Positions 13,339-28,133 of a DNA stretch of 32,000 nucleotides are shown here, piece after piece. Origin of the DNA: Parasynechococcus marenigrum WH 8102 (GTDB lineage: Bacteria > Cyanobacteriota > Cyanobacteriia > PCC-6307 > Cyanobiaceae); assembly GCF_000195975.1 (NCBI RefSeq), contig NC_005070.1, positions 2,310,001 to 2,342,000 on the forward strand. Reading direction: 5' to 3'. A program made the translations under genes and the position numbers. A model generated the notes under the pieces. That model searched no databases. It saw only the letters and a program-made list of their open reading frames with translations, and was not told where the DNA came from. Positions within the stretch are counted from its first letter, which is position 1. Every line of letters starts with the position of its first letter.

Positions 13339-14151
13339 ATGGCTCCAGACCGGCCTGATGCACTGCAGAAGCTGATCGATGTGGTGGCCCGTCTGCGGGA
13401 TCCGGATCAGGGCTGCCCCTGGGATCTGAAGCAGACCCATGCGTCTCTGGTGCCCTACGTGCTGGAAGAGGCCCATGAAGTGGCCGATGCCATTCGCCAT
13501 GGCGACGACGCCCACCTCAAGGAGGAACTGGGCGATCTGCTGCTGCAGGTGGTCCTCCATGCCCAGATCGGCCATGAGCAGGGCCGCTTTGATGTGGATG
13601 CCATCGCCAGCGCCATCAGCGACAAGCTGATTCGTCGCCATCCCCACGTCTTTGGCGGAGAGCTCCGCAGCTGGGATGCGATCAAAGCTGAAGAACAGGC
13701 CGAAGCCCTGGCTCAGTCCACCAGCCCCCTCAGCGATCGGTTGACCAGCAAGGTGCGAGGCATGCCCGCTCTGGCCGGTGCCATGGCCATCTCGAAGCAA
13801 GCCGCCAAGGCCGGCTTCGAGTGGGACGACATGGCCGGCGTTTGGGAAAAGGTGCAGGAGGAACTCGATGAACTGAAGGAGGCCATCGCCAGCGGCGATC
13901 AGGGCCATGCCCAGGAGGAACTGGGCGATCTGCTGTTCACCCTCGTGAATGTGGCGCGCTGGTGTCGCCTCGATCCCGAGGAGGGGCTGGCCGGCACCAA
14001 CCACCGCTTTCTCGATCGCTTCTCCCGAGTGGAGGCCGCCCTGGAGGGCAATCTTCAAGGCCGCAGCATTCAGGAGCTGGAAACGCTCTGGCAACAAGCC
14101 AAAGCCCAGATCAGGGCTGAGCAGGCGACAGCTCACGCCTCAGAAACGTGA
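13339..14151 (+). CDS. mazG: Nucleoside triphosphate pyrophosphohydrolase MazG
   Basis: 270 aa with two tandem MazG domains: LRDPDQGCPWDLKQTHASLVPYVLEEAHEVADAI...EELGDLLLQVV, and a second EELDELKEAI...EELGDLLFTLVNVARW. Confidence 0.92.
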   Translation: MAPDRPDALQKLIDVVARLRDPDQGCPWDLKQTHASLVPYVLEEAHEVADAIRHGDDAHLKEELGDLLLQVVLHAQIGHEQGRFDVDAIASAISDKLIRRHPHVFGGELRSWDAIKAEEQAEALAQSTSPLSDRLTSKVRGMPALAGAMAISKQAAKAGFEWDDMAGVWEKVQEELDELKEAIASGDQGHAQEELGDLLFTLVNVARWCRLDPEEGLAGTNHRFLDRFSRVEAALEGNLQGRSIQELETLWQQAKAQIRAEQATAHASET

Positions 14152-14854
14152 TCACAGCAGCCCAGGCTTGATCGGCAAGATCCGGATCCCAGCGCCAGCC
14201 GTCATCACGCATGAAGGTGTGATTGGCCTCAAACAACACGGTCTCGTGCCTCAGCCCCTGCAGGGCCTCGAGAACCCGGTCACGATCCTCAGCCGGCACA
14301 TGGGGGTCTTCGGAGCCGAACAGCGTGAACAAGGCCCCCTTGATCTCGCCGGCCCGTTGCAGCGAATCCGCAATGCCGCGGCCGAGTTTTCCGTTCTGCA
14401 ACCCGGTTGGATAAAGACAGGCGGTTGCACGCACCTCCGGTCGCATAGCGGCACGGAAGGAGAGATGACCGCCGATGCAGAAGCCAATGGCACCGAGGCG
14501 CTGCTCATCCACCTCGGTCTGCTCACTCAGCCAGGTCAAGATGGCCTTGGTATCAGCGTCGTAGGAAGCGATTTCAGTACGCCGGGCCGCGTCATTGCCC
14601 CGCAGACGACCGATCGCATCGGGCTCGATCACTGTCCCCACCGGCTCCACGCGATGGAAGATCTCCGGCGCCGCCACCACAAAGCCATACCCCGCCAGGC
14701 GATTCGCTAACCGCAGAATCGGATCACCCAGTTGGTAGATATCCGAATAAAAAATCAGGCCCGGCCAAGGGCCCTCCTGAACGGGACGGGCCAGGTGAAC
14801 CCGCATCAAGCTGTCGTCCACGGTGAGGCCGATGGTCTGTTGCTCGATCCGCAT
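14111..14854 (-). CDS. Dienelactone hydrolase family protein
   Basis: ATG 14854 (MRIEQQTIGL...) avoids overlap with arfB. Alpha/beta-hydrolase with a nucleophile-elbow-like GFCIGGH and conserved C-terminal H (FEANHTFMRD). Confidence 0.8.
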   Translation of the reverse strand: MRIEQQTIGLTVDDSLMRVHLARPVQEGPWPGLIFYSDIYQLGDPILRLANRLAGYGFVVAAPEIFHRVEPVGTVIEPDAIGRLRGNDAARRTEIASYDADTKAILTWLSEQTEVDEQRLGAIGFCIGGHLSFRAAMRPEVRATACLYPTGLQNGKLGRGIADSLQRAGEIKGALFTLFGSEDPHVPAEDRDRVLEALQGLRHETVLFEANHTFMRDDGWRWDPDLADQAWAAVITFLRRELSPAQP

Positions 14855-14867
14855 GGCCAGCGGCGCG

Positions 14868-17059
<2,192 letters not shown>

Positions 17060-17066
<7 letters not shown>

Positions 17067-17506
17067 AAGTGCCTTGCATCAGCCCGTTGTTGCCGTAATC
17101 GGGTGTGCTGTTGAGCGATCAGCTCCACCACCAAAGTGGGATGGCGATGGATCAGCGTGAGAAATCCCGAGCGGTTCAGCCGGATCAGCGCTAGAGGAGT
17201 CATCGCTTTGGCATCGCGGCTGTGGAACTGGTTAGTGGTCACCAGATCCTCATAAAAGAACAACTCACCGGAGCCGTAGCGGATGCGATTCCGTGGCCCA
17301 CAGCTGAGTTCCACCAGCCCCTGCTCAACAATATGAATGGCCTGAACTGGATCGCCACGACGGAACACAAAAGCTCCGGTGGGCAGCGTTAGGCGATCAG
17401 CTTCTGAATGCTCACCGATGAGCTCCAGAGCACTGCTCGATCGGTACAACGCTGTCAACTCGTCAATAAAGTCAAGATAAAAAACTCTTAAGGAAAACGC
17501 ATGCAA
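17060..17506 (-). CDS. Cyclic nucleotide-binding domain protein
   Basis: 148 aa with a cNMP-binding beta-barrel layout (FVFRRGDPVQAIHIVEQGLVELS...GSGELFFYEDLV). No DNA-binding domain follows. Confidence 0.7.
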
Positions 17507-17907
17507 ACGTTGTGACTGTCATCACAGTCAGCGAAGTCTTGACCAAAGCTTCACCCAGATTTAAGCAAGGGCACGGTCCAGCTCAAGCTGTTGATCCATC
17601 TCAGGGAGCTGTTCCCTCCTGATCATGGGCAACTGAGGCGATCGCGGGGTCCAGTGATGGCAGACCACCAGATCTGACACGTCCGCATGCACAGCCAAGC
17701 GACGCAAGCGACACCACCCCTCGGCTGTTCCGCCCCCCGAACAGTGCTGACAACTGCGACAGCTGGGACTGATCGTCAATAACAGCCAGCGAAGAGCGCT
17801 CAAGCTAGGGACGGTCGAAAAAATGGACCAGTCCCGGTGGCAAATCTGCGGTTTCCCTTCCAGTTGCTGAAGCACTCCATAAGAATGCTTCGGACATCCT
17901 TCCGTTC

Positions 17908-19011
17908 ATGACCCTGCAGCGCACGCCACTCCATCAGCTCTGCCAGGACGGCGGCGGCCGCATGGTGCCCTTCGCCGGTTGGGAGATGCCGGTGCAGTTC
18001 AGCGGCCTGATCCAGGAGCACAAGGCCGTACGGGAACAGGTGGGGATGTTCGACATCTCCCACATGGGCGTCTTGAGGCTGGAAGGTCCGAATCCGAAAG
18101 ATGCGCTGCAACAGCTTGTGCCGAGCGATCTGCATCGCATCGGACCCGGCGAAGCCTGCTACACCGTCTTGCTCAACGAGAGCGGTGGCATCCGCGATGA
18201 CCTGATCGTTTACGACTGCGGCGCCGTTGATGCCGAACGGGGTGCCCTGGTGCTGGTGATCAATGCAGCCTGCGCAGAGGCGGACACCGCCTGGATCCGT
18301 GACCAAATGGAACCGGCTGGCCTCACGGTGAGCGACCTCAAGGCGGGTGGCGTACTGCTGGCCCTGCAAGGCCCGCAGTCCATCCCTCTGCTGGAGGAGC
18401 TGTCCGGCGAAAGCCTCAGCGACTTGCCCCGCTTCGGACATCGCACCCTGAGCCTGAAAGATATTGCCCATCCCGTGTTTACGGGCCGCACGGGCTACAC
18501 CGGTGAGGACGGTGCCGAGTTGCTGCTGACCGCCGCCGACGGACAAAAGCTCTGGCAGATTCTGCTGGATCGCGGCGTCAGCCCCTGTGGCCTGGGCGCA
18601 CGGGACACCCTGCGTCTCGAAGCTGCCATGCATCTCTACGGCATGGACATGAATGCCGAAACCACCCCTTTTGAAGCAGGGCTCGGCTGGCTGGTGCATC
18701 TGGAGATGCCCGTGGATTTCGTCGGTCGGCAGGCCCTAGAGCAAGCCGCAGAGTCCGGTCCCACCAAACGACTCGTGGGCCTCAAGTTGCAGGGACGCGC
18801 CATCGCCCGTCACGACTACCCCGTGCTCCACAACGGCGAGACCGTCGGTGTGGTGACCAGCGGCACCTGGTCTCCAACCCTGGAGGAGCCCATCGCGCTG
18901 GCTTACGTCCCCACAGCCCTGGCCAAACTCGGCGCAGAACTCAGCGTTGAAATCCGCGGTAAGGCCCAACCCGCCTGCGTAGTGAAACGCCCCTTCTACC
19001 GCCGGTCCTGA
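17908..19011 (+). CDS. gcvT: Glycine cleavage system T protein (aminomethyltransferase)
   Basis: 367 aa. N-terminus [49 protein letters not shown] is typical of GcvT. Confidence 0.93.
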   Translation: MTLQRTPLHQLCQDGGGRMVPFAGWEMPVQFSGLIQEHKAVREQVGMFDISHMGVLRLEGPNPKDALQQLVPSDLHRIGPGEACYTVLLNESGGIRDDLIVYDCGAVDAERGALVLVINAACAEADTAWIRDQMEPAGLTVSDLKAGGVLLALQGPQSIPLLEELSGESLSDLPRFGHRTLSLKDIAHPVFTGRTGYTGEDGAELLLTAADGQKLWQILLDRGVSPCGLGARDTLRLEAAMHLYGMDMNAETTPFEAGLGWLVHLEMPVDFVGRQALEQAAESGPTKRLVGLKLQGRAIARHDYPVLHNGETVGVVTSGTWSPTLEEPIALAYVPTALAKLGAELSVEIRGKAQPACVVKRPFYRRS

Positions 19012-19048
19012 GCTGTGGGAAACTCGCCTGTCCTCGGCTGAAACTCCC

Positions 19049-20881
19049 ATGCGCAGCAACGGTTGCGGCGACCTGCGCGAACAGAACATCGATCAGCAGG
19101 TGCAACTGTGCGGCTGGGTGGACCGACGCCGCGACCATGGCGGCGTGATCTTTATCGACCTGCGGGATCGCTCCGGCACGGTGCAGATCAAGGTGGATCC
19201 CGATCTGGGGGCTGAGGCCTTTGCCGTGGCCGAGCACCTGCGCAGCGAAACCGTGCTGCAGGTGGCAGGAAAGGTGCGGGCCCGTCCGGGCGAGTCTCTG
19301 AACGACAAGCTGGCCACCGGTGCTGTGGAGGTCTTGGCCAGCGGCATCATCGTGCTGAACAACGTGAAGGGTAACCTGCCCTTCCCCGTGTCAGTGCACG
19401 ACGAGGAGAACACCCGCGAAGAGCTGCGGCTGCGCCACCGCTATCTGGATCTGCGCCGAAAGCGCATGAACGACAACCTGCGCCTGCGGGCCCAGACGAT
19501 TCAGGCCGCCCGCCGCTTCCTCGAAGACGAGGGCTTCATTGAAGTGGAAACCCCAGTGCTGACCCGCTCCACCCCCGAAGGTGCCCGCGACTACGTGCTG
19601 CCCAGCCGCGTCTGCGGCGGCGAGTGGTTTGCCCTGCCCCAGTCACCGCAGCTGTTCAAGCAACTGCTGATGGTGGGCGGCATCGAGCGTTACTACCAGG
19701 TGGCCCGTTGTTTCCGCGACGAAGACCTACGCGCCGATCGCCAGCCGGAATTCACCCAGCTGGACATCGAGATGAGCTTCATGGATCAAGAGGAGATCCT
19801 GCAGCTGAATGAATCACTGATTTGTTCGATCTGGAAAGCGGTGAAGGGCATCGACCTGCCCAGACCCTTCCCGCGCATGACCTGGCATGACGCCATGGAG
19901 CGCTACGGCACCGACCGGCCGGACACCCGTTACGGCATGGAGCTCACCAACGTGAGCGACATCGTGAAGGACATGGGCTTCAAGGTGTTCAGCGGTGCCG
20001 TGAAGTCCGGCGGCGCGGTGAAGTGCATCGCCGTTCCCGGTGGCAACGATGCCCTCTCCAATGTGCGCATCAAGCCCGGCGGCGATGTGTTCAGTGAAGC
20101 CCAGAAAGCCGGTGCGGGTGGCTTGGCCTTCATCCGCGTCCGCAACGGCTGCGAGATCGACTCGATCGGCGCGATCAAGGACAACCTCAGCGATGAGCAG
20201 AAACAGGAGCTGCTCAGCCGCACCGGCGCGGAACCCGGCACGCTGCTGCTGTTCGGTGCCGGAGACACCGCCACGGTGAACAAGGCCCTCGACCGGGTGC
20301 GCCAGTACCTGGCCAAGGAGCTAGGCATGGTCAAGGCCGATCAGGACAACGACCAGTGGAACTTCCTCTGGGTGGTGGACTTCCCGATGTTCGAGTTCAA
20401 CAGCGAAGAGAACCGCTACGAAGCCCTGCATCACCCCTTCTGCGCCCCCAATGCCGAGGATCTCAGCAGCGATGCGTCCCAGTGGGCCGACACCCTGCCA
20501 GGCGCCCGGGCCCAGGCCTACGACCTGGTGCTCAACGGCCTTGAGCTTGGCGGCGGCTCCCTGCGCATCCACGACTCCGCATTGCAGCGCCAAGTGCTTC
20601 AGACCGTTGGCTTGCCGCTCGAGGAAGCCCAGGAGCAGTTCGGCTTCCTGATGGATGCCTTGGATGTGGGCGCGCCACCCCATGGCGGCCTGGCCTTTGG
20701 TGTGGACCGGATGGTGATGCTGCTCGCGGGTGAGGAATCGATCCGCGACACCATCGCCTTCCCCAAGACCCAGCAGGCCCGCTGTCTGATGACCAATGCC
20801 CCAGGTGGGGTCGCGGACAAGCAGCTGGAGGAACTGCATGTGGCCAGCACCTGGGTGGACCCCAGCGGCGAGGACGACTGA
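19049..20881 (+). CDS. aspS: Aspartate--tRNA ligase
   Basis: 610 aa. OB-fold N-terminus ([26 protein letters not shown]) and class II motifs ([18 protein letters not shown]; [13 protein letters not shown]). Confidence 0.95.
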   Translation: MRSNGCGDLREQNIDQQVQLCGWVDRRRDHGGVIFIDLRDRSGTVQIKVDPDLGAEAFAVAEHLRSETVLQVAGKVRARPGESLNDKLATGAVEVLASGIIVLNNVKGNLPFPVSVHDEENTREELRLRHRYLDLRRKRMNDNLRLRAQTIQAARRFLEDEGFIEVETPVLTRSTPEGARDYVLPSRVCGGEWFALPQSPQLFKQLLMVGGIERYYQVARCFRDEDLRADRQPEFTQLDIEMSFMDQEEILQLNESLICSIWKAVKGIDLPRPFPRMTWHDAMERYGTDRPDTRYGMELTNVSDIVKDMGFKVFSGAVKSGGAVKCIAVPGGNDALSNVRIKPGGDVFSEAQKAGAGGLAFIRVRNGCEIDSIGAIKDNLSDEQKQELLSRTGAEPGTLLLFGAGDTATVNKALDRVRQYLAKELGMVKADQDNDQWNFLWVVDFPMFEFNSEENRYEALHHPFCAPNAEDLSSDASQWADTLPGARAQAYDLVLNGLELGGGSLRIHDSALQRQVLQTVGLPLEEAQEQFGFLMDALDVGAPPHGGLAFGVDRMVMLLAGEESIRDTIAFPKTQQARCLMTNAPGGVADKQLEELHVASTWVDPSGEDD

Positions 20882-20890
20882 GCTGAACGC

Positions 20891-21658
20891 TCAGCGCCGA
20901 CAATGCACGTCGAGCAGCAACGCCCCGAGCATCAGCTCATCCTGGTTGGCATAGGCCTCTTCCTCAAGCAAACGCTGGCTGCTTGAGATGCCCGCATACA
21001 CCGGACCGTTCAGCTGAAGCATGGCCTGTTCATCAATGCCTCGCGACAGGCCCAAAGCCCTCGGACTACTGCGGATGGAACCGCCGAAACAGCTTTGCGC
21101 GACATGAATGGCTTCATGGTTCAGGACGCGTCGAAAGGACCTGGTCCCTTGGCTCACCACGGAATGACCAATTCGCAATTCACCGCGGCGAGGATTCCAC
21201 TCGCCAGAGGCACCGGCACGATTCGGCTCTGCGATCACCACGGTGACGCCGTAGCGATTCAACGCCGTCAAAAGAGTCGTGATCGATTCAGCATCGTCTG
21301 AGTAATCGGGAGGAGAGCGCAACAGCGCTTTGATCTCCGGAAAAGACAACTCCGGAGCACCTTTTGGAAGCCGATAAGTGTATTCACGTCGCCCATCGTT
21401 ATGAACAACCAAACGCGGTTGCCATTGGCGGTCGTTCTGCGCCAGAGCCTCGAGAACCTGATGCTGATTGGTAACGCTGATCTCCAGAGCGTCCGGCAAC
21501 CTCGCGCTCTGAATCTGAGCTGAAGTAGCACCAGATGGCAAAGGGTTTTGCGCTGCAGTTCGCTGAAGCTGTTGACGCACAACAAGCCAAGCACCACCCA
21601 AAAGAGCCAGTGCAATCAATCGCCTGTGCAGCCCTCGCGGTTGACAGAGGAACACCAC
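20891..21658 (-). CDS. Hypothetical membrane-anchored protein with HExxH motif (putative metallopeptidase-like)
   Basis: 255 aa with an N-terminal TM anchor (LIALALLGGAWLVV) and VLNHEAIHVAQ (HEAIH). The family is not recognised by eye. Confidence 0.6.
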   Translation of the reverse strand: MVFLCQPRGLHRRLIALALLGGAWLVVRQQLQRTAAQNPLPSGATSAQIQSARLPDALEISVTNQHQVLEALAQNDRQWQPRLVVHNDGRREYTYRLPKGAPELSFPEIKALLRSPPDYSDDAESITTLLTALNRYGVTVVIAEPNRAGASGEWNPRRGELRIGHSVVSQGTRSFRRVLNHEAIHVAQSCFGGSIRSSPRALGLSRGIDEQAMLQLNGPVYAGISSSQRLLEEEAYANQDELMLGALLLDVHCRR

Positions 21659-21666
21659 GAAGAGCT

Positions 21667-22938
21667 GTGGGAACTGCTGGTTATAGCCACCTTGCCCAAT
21701 TCGAACCTTGCGTCAACCGAGCAGATCCCGAAGGGATTCAGCGCTTTTGTCGCACTGACGACGGCTGCGGGGAACCCTGTAGGCAGTCCAATTGCTCCAC
21801 GCCGTTGCCCCGTCAACCCCGACGGACCGGGGAAACCCGCGACCGCCGCAGCCGCAGCACGACAGATCTGCTGCGGCTGTACCTGCAGGACATTGGTCGG
21901 GTTGATCTGCTCACCAATGAGGAGGAGGTGACGCTGGCCCGGCTGGTGCAACGACGTGAGGCTCTGTTGCAGCAGCAACGGGATCTGGCCACCAGTGACG
22001 CCGCCATCGGAGAGCTGTACCGCCTTGAGGAACTGCAGCGTCGGGAAGCCAATCAGCACAGCCATTGGCCCACCAAGCAGGAATGGGCTCGCGCCGCACA
22101 CCTGAGCCTGGCGGAACTGCAACAGCGGATCGAAGCCGGCTACGGCGCCTGGGCCCGGGAAGCCAACCTGGAGGCCCGTGAGCTGAAAACTGCTCTGCGC
22201 AATGGTCGCCGTGCCAAGGACCACATGATCCAGGCCAACCTGCGCCTGGTGGTAGCCGTGGCCAAGAAGTACCAGCAACGCGGCATGGAACTGTTGGACC
22301 TCGTCCAGGAGGGCACTCTTGGCCTGGAGCGGGCGGTGGAAAAGTTCGACCCAACACGGGGCTTCCGTTTCAGCACCTACGCCTACTGGTGGATCCGCCA
22401 GGGCATGACGCGGGCCATCGCCACCCAGAGCCGCACGATCCGGCTACCGGTGCATGTCACCGAAAAACTGAACCGGATCAAACGGGCGCAGCAGGAGATC
22501 GCCACCAACGAAGGACGCATCGCCTCGATCGCTGATCTGGCCCGTGCGCTGAAGCTGAGTGAGGACACCGTGCGCCAGACCCTGGCGCGGGTGCCCCGCT
22601 CCGTTTCGTTGGACACCCGTGTAGGCCGGGACCAGGACACCCAACTGGGAGACCTGATCGAAGACGGTAAGGCCACGCCGGAACAGACCCTCACCCACGA
22701 CGAACTGCATAACGACCTCGAGCATCTGCTTGATGAGCTCACCAGCCGAGAAGCGGCGGTGCTGCGGCGGCGCTTCGGACTGGAGGACGACACACCCCAG
22801 ACCCTGGCGCAGATCGGCGAAGCTTTGAAATTATCCCGCGAAAGGGTGCGTCAGATCGAAACCCGGGCCCTGCTGAAACTGCGTCAACCGCAACGGAGGA
22901 GCAAGGTGCGGGACTACATCCAGGGGTTGGATTCCTGA
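21667..22938 (+). CDS. RNA polymerase sigma-70 family factor (group 2-like); start codon uncertain
   Basis: Regions 1.2 (DLLRLYLQDIGRVDLLT), 2 (LDLVQEGTLGLERAVEKFDPTRGFRFSTYAYWWIRQ), 3 and 4.2 (TLAQIGEALKLSRERVRQIE). The track ATG 21535 overlaps the divergent gene by 124 nt. In-frame GTG 21667 and TTG 21805 are alternatives. Confidence 0.88.
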   Translation: MGTAGYSHLAQFEPCVNRADPEGIQRFCRTDDGCGEPCRQSNCSTPLPRQPRRTGETRDRRSRSTTDLLRLYLQDIGRVDLLTNEEEVTLARLVQRREALLQQQRDLATSDAAIGELYRLEELQRREANQHSHWPTKQEWARAAHLSLAELQQRIEAGYGAWAREANLEARELKTALRNGRRAKDHMIQANLRLVVAVAKKYQQRGMELLDLVQEGTLGLERAVEKFDPTRGFRFSTYAYWWIRQGMTRAIATQSRTIRLPVHVTEKLNRIKRAQQEIATNEGRIASIADLARALKLSEDTVRQTLARVPRSVSLDTRVGRDQDTQLGDLIEDGKATPEQTLTHDELHNDLEHLLDELTSREAAVLRRRFGLEDDTPQTLAQIGEALKLSRERVRQIETRALLKLRQPQRRSKVRDYIQGLDS

Positions 22939-23007
22939 ACTTGATTCGCAAGAGCCGATTCACCGTGTGGTGACTCTGGAGCTTGGGCGTTGCGCCAGGT
23001 AGTTTGA

Positions 23008-25277
<2,270 letters not shown>

Positions 25278-25304
25278 AACTGGAGCGCAGAACAAGGAGA
25301 TGTC

Positions 25305-26162
25305 ATGCCCAGCGTCGCTCTGCTCGGCAGCGGATTGCTTGGAAGGGCCATCGGCCGACGCCTGCTTGATCAGGGCGTTGAGCTCAAGGTCTGGAACCGC
25401 ACCCCTGAGCGCTGCCAGACCCTGATTCAGGAAGGAGCTCACGCGACCCCAGAGCTTTCGAGCCTTGCTGAGGGATGCAGCACTGTCATCACGGTGCTGC
25501 GGGACGGCCCAGTGACACAAGCAGTGGTGCGAGAACTCGGGGATCTCCGCGGCGGCTGCCTGATGCCGATGGGCACCATGGGCATCACGGAGATCCGCGA
25601 CCTGGCTGACCAGGTTCAGCATCAGAACGGACACTGTCTGGAAGCACCTGTGCTGGGCAGCAAACCCCAGGCCTTGAAAGGAGAACTGTTGGTGATGGCC
25701 GGTGGCGAATCGGGGCTGTTTGACCAGCAGAGACCGCTCCTGGAGCATCTCTCACAAGAGCCAATGCTGGTGGGACCGATCGGCAGCGGTGCTGCCACCA
25801 AGCTGGCGCTCAATCAACTGATCGCCAGCCTCACCCACGCCTTTTCCCTGTCGCTGCGACTAGTGCAGCAGGCAGGCGTGCCCGTTGAGACATTCATGGC
25901 GATCCTGCGACCCTCGGCGCTCTACGCCCCCACCTTCGACAAGAAGCTGCAGCGGATGCTCGATGGTCACTATGACGACCCGAACTTCAGCACAGCCCTG
26001 CTGCGCAAGGACCTGCACCTGTTCCTGGAGGAGGCGACCGCTGCTGGACTCCAAATCCAAGGACTGCAGGGCCTGGACACCCTGCTGGAGCAGTCATCCG
26101 GTAGCCCACTGGATGACCTCGACTATTGCGCCCTGCATGAGCTGACCCAAGAAAGTTTTTAA
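25305..26162 (+). CDS. NAD(P)-dependent oxidoreductase, 3-hydroxyisobutyrate / 6-phosphogluconate dehydrogenase-like
   Basis: N-terminal Rossmann motif [17 protein letters not shown], and a downstream [12 protein letters not shown] helix typical of the beta-hydroxyacid dehydrogenase family. Confidence 0.8.
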   Translation: MPSVALLGSGLLGRAIGRRLLDQGVELKVWNRTPERCQTLIQEGAHATPELSSLAEGCSTVITVLRDGPVTQAVVRELGDLRGGCLMPMGTMGITEIRDLADQVQHQNGHCLEAPVLGSKPQALKGELLVMAGGESGLFDQQRPLLEHLSQEPMLVGPIGSGAATKLALNQLIASLTHAFSLSLRLVQQAGVPVETFMAILRPSALYAPTFDKKLQRMLDGHYDDPNFSTALLRKDLHLFLEEATAAGLQIQGLQGLDTLLEQSSGSPLDDLDYCALHELTQESF

Positions 26163-26169
26163 TGAGGTC

Positions 26170-26850
26170 ATGACTCAACGCACCTCCGTCGCGCTGCTGT
26201 CCGGCGGCCTGGATTCAGCCACGGCGGCGGCCATGGCCCTGGAGGAAGGTGATCGTGTGATCGGCCTGTCCTTCGACTACGGCCAGCGTCACCATCGCGA
26301 GCTGGAGGCTGCGGCTGCAGTTGCCTCGCACCTGGGGCTGGCCGAGCATCACTGCCTTGCGGTTGATCTGGCGGCCTGGGGCGGCTCCGCCCTCACCGAC
26401 GACGCCGTCACCATTCCCACCGATGGCGTTCAGGAAGGCGTGATCCCACCCACCTACGTCCCGGGTCGCAACACTGTTTTCATTGCAGTGGGTCTGAGCC
26501 TGGCCGAGGCCCGTGGTGCCGAACGCTTGGTGCTGGGGGTGAATGCCGTGGACTATTCCGGCTACCCCGACTGCCGGCCCGATTACTTGAATGTGTTTCA
26601 GCAGCTGGCCAATCTGGCCAGCAAGGCTGGCCGCGAAGGCCATGGCACCGAGCTCTGGGCACCGCTGGTGGAGTGGAGCAAAACCAGAATTGTCGAAGAA
26701 GCATTCAGGCTCAACGTGCCGATCCAATCCACCTGGAGTTGCTACAGCGGTGGCACGACCCCCTGCGGAATCTGCGACAGCTGCCGCATCCGCGATGCCG
26801 CCCTGCGGGAGGCCGGTCGCCCGGACCTCTGCAGCAACGCATCAGCATGA
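26170..26850 (+). CDS. queC: 7-cyano-7-deazaguanine synthase
   Basis: PP-loop [13 protein letters not shown] and a C-terminal Zn cluster ([18 protein letters not shown]). Confidence 0.92.
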   Translation: MTQRTSVALLSGGLDSATAAAMALEEGDRVIGLSFDYGQRHHRELEAAAAVASHLGLAEHHCLAVDLAAWGGSALTDDAVTIPTDGVQEGVIPPTYVPGRNTVFIAVGLSLAEARGAERLVLGVNAVDYSGYPDCRPDYLNVFQQLANLASKAGREGHGTELWAPLVEWSKTRIVEEAFRLNVPIQSTWSCYSGGTTPCGICDSCRIRDAALREAGRPDLCSNASA

Positions 26851-28133
26851 GCGTGCCCCAGCGGTTGGACCTCCCCTGGCGTGAACCGCTTGCCGTGGCC
26901 CGACAGCTGGACGGCGACGACGGGCTGATCTGGCTGGATGGTGACGGTAGTGACCTGGGCCGCTGGGTGACCCTGGCCAGCCAGCCGCTGGAGGTGATCC
27001 ACTGCCAGGGCCTGCCGGGGGATGCGGACGCCCGCGACCCCTTCACCGCATTGAATGGGCTGGGTCCGGGCCACTGGACCGGCTGGCTCAGTTATGAGGC
27101 GGCCGCCTGGACTGAACCCGGCAACCCCTGGTCCAGGGATGCCATGGCCAACCTGTGGATCGCCCGCCATGACCCGCTGCTGCGATTTGACCTGCAGCAA
27201 CGGCAGTTGTGGATCGAAGGCACGGACCCGATGGCGATGCAGCAGCTGGCGGCGCGACTGCAGCAGCGAGCGCCCACCCCGCCTGCCACAGCGAACATCC
27301 CGCTGGAGGCCTGGCATCAGCACACCAGCCGCGAGGGCTTCGCCGATGGCGTACGCCGGATCCGTGCGCTGATCGCCGCCGGTGATTTGTTCCAGGCCAA
27401 CCTCACCGCCTGCTGCAGCACCGACTGGCCCGGCGATGCCTCAGCGGTGGAGCTGTTTCAACGGGTTCGCCAACGCTGCCCAGCGCCGTTTGCGGGCCTG
27501 GTGGTGGCGGACAACGGCGAAGCACTGCTCTCCTCCTCGCCGGAACGGTTCCTGCAGGTGGACCCCGCCGGCCGGGTCGAAACCCGACCGATCAAAGGCA
27601 CACGGCCACGCCACAGCGATCCAGACCGCGACGCCGAGCTGGCGGCGGAGCTGGTCTGCAGCGACAAGGACCGGGCCGAAAACGTGATGATCGTGGACCT
27701 GCTGCGCAATGACCTCGGCCGCGTCTGCCAACCGGGCTCCATCCAGGTATCGCAACTGCTCGGCCTGGAGAGCTACAGCTCGGTGCATCACCTCACATCG
27801 GTGGTGGAAGGGCAGCTGCAAGCCGGGCTCAGCTGGGTGGATCTGCTACGGGCCTGCTGGCCGGGTGGATCGATCAGCGGCGCCCCGAAGCTGAGGGCCT
27901 GCCAGCGGCTGCAGGAGCTGGAACCCACTAGCCGCGGCCCCTACTGCGGCTCCCTGATCCGCATCGACTGGGACGGACGCTTCGACAGCAACATCCTGAT
28001 CCGCACACTGATGCGGAAGGATCACAGGCTGAGGGCCCATGCCGGTTGCGGCATCGTTGCCGACTCCGACCCCGATGGCGAAGCAGAGGAGCTGATGTGG
28101 AAATTGCGGCCACTGCTGGAGGCCCTGGCTTGA
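26847..28133 (+). CDS. pabB: Aminodeoxychorismate synthase component I (chorismate-binding enzyme family)
   Basis: ATG 26847 overlaps the queC stop (ATGA). Chorismate-binding motifs are present: [46 protein letters not shown]. The pabB versus trpE call rests on the adjacent class IV lyase gene. Confidence 0.8.
   Translation: MSVPQRLDLPWREPLAVARQLDGDDGLIWLDGDGSDLGRWVTLASQPLEVIHCQGLPGDADARDPFTALNGLGPGHWTGWLSYEAAAWTEPGNPWSRDAMANLWIARHDPLLRFDLQQRQLWIEGTDPMAMQQLAARLQQRAPTPPATANIPLEAWHQHTSREGFADGVRRIRALIAAGDLFQANLTACCSTDWPGDASAVELFQRVRQRCPAPFAGLVVADNGEALLSSSPERFLQVDPAGRVETRPIKGTRPRHSDPDRDAELAAELVCSDKDRAENVMIVDLLRNDLGRVCQPGSIQVSQLLGLESYSSVHHLTSVVEGQLQAGLSWVDLLRACWPGGSISGAPKLRACQRLQELEPTSRGPYCGSLIRIDWDGRFDSNILIRTLMRKDHRLRAHAGCGIVADSDPDGEAEELMWKLRPLLEALA

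Noticed and set aside
13285-14136. 283-aa ORF antisense to mazG
   Set aside because: The plus strand encodes a textbook tandem MazG. The antisense frame has no recognisable features.
17561-17875. 104-aa minus-strand ORF in the gcvT upstream gap
   Set aside because: C/W/R-rich, with no motif. A second minus frame is open over much of the same stretch, which is typical of non-coding GC-rich DNA. Kept only as an open question in the findings.
17507-17907. Possible glycine riboswitch upstream of gcvT
   Set aside because: I could not find the conserved aptamer strands (GGAGAG ... ACCGAAGGGGCAA-type). This needs an Infernal scan to be definitive.
17800-18699. 299-aa ORF antisense to gcvT
   Set aside because: Same artefact. 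The opposite frame carries an unambiguous GcvT sequence, and the antisense product is low-complexity A/G/H/Q-rich.
21616-22278. 220-aa ORF antisense to the sigma factor gene, and similar nested ORFs within 21813-22793
   Set aside because: The sigma-70 regions 1.2 to 4.2 are clear on the plus strand, so these are GC-driven shadows.
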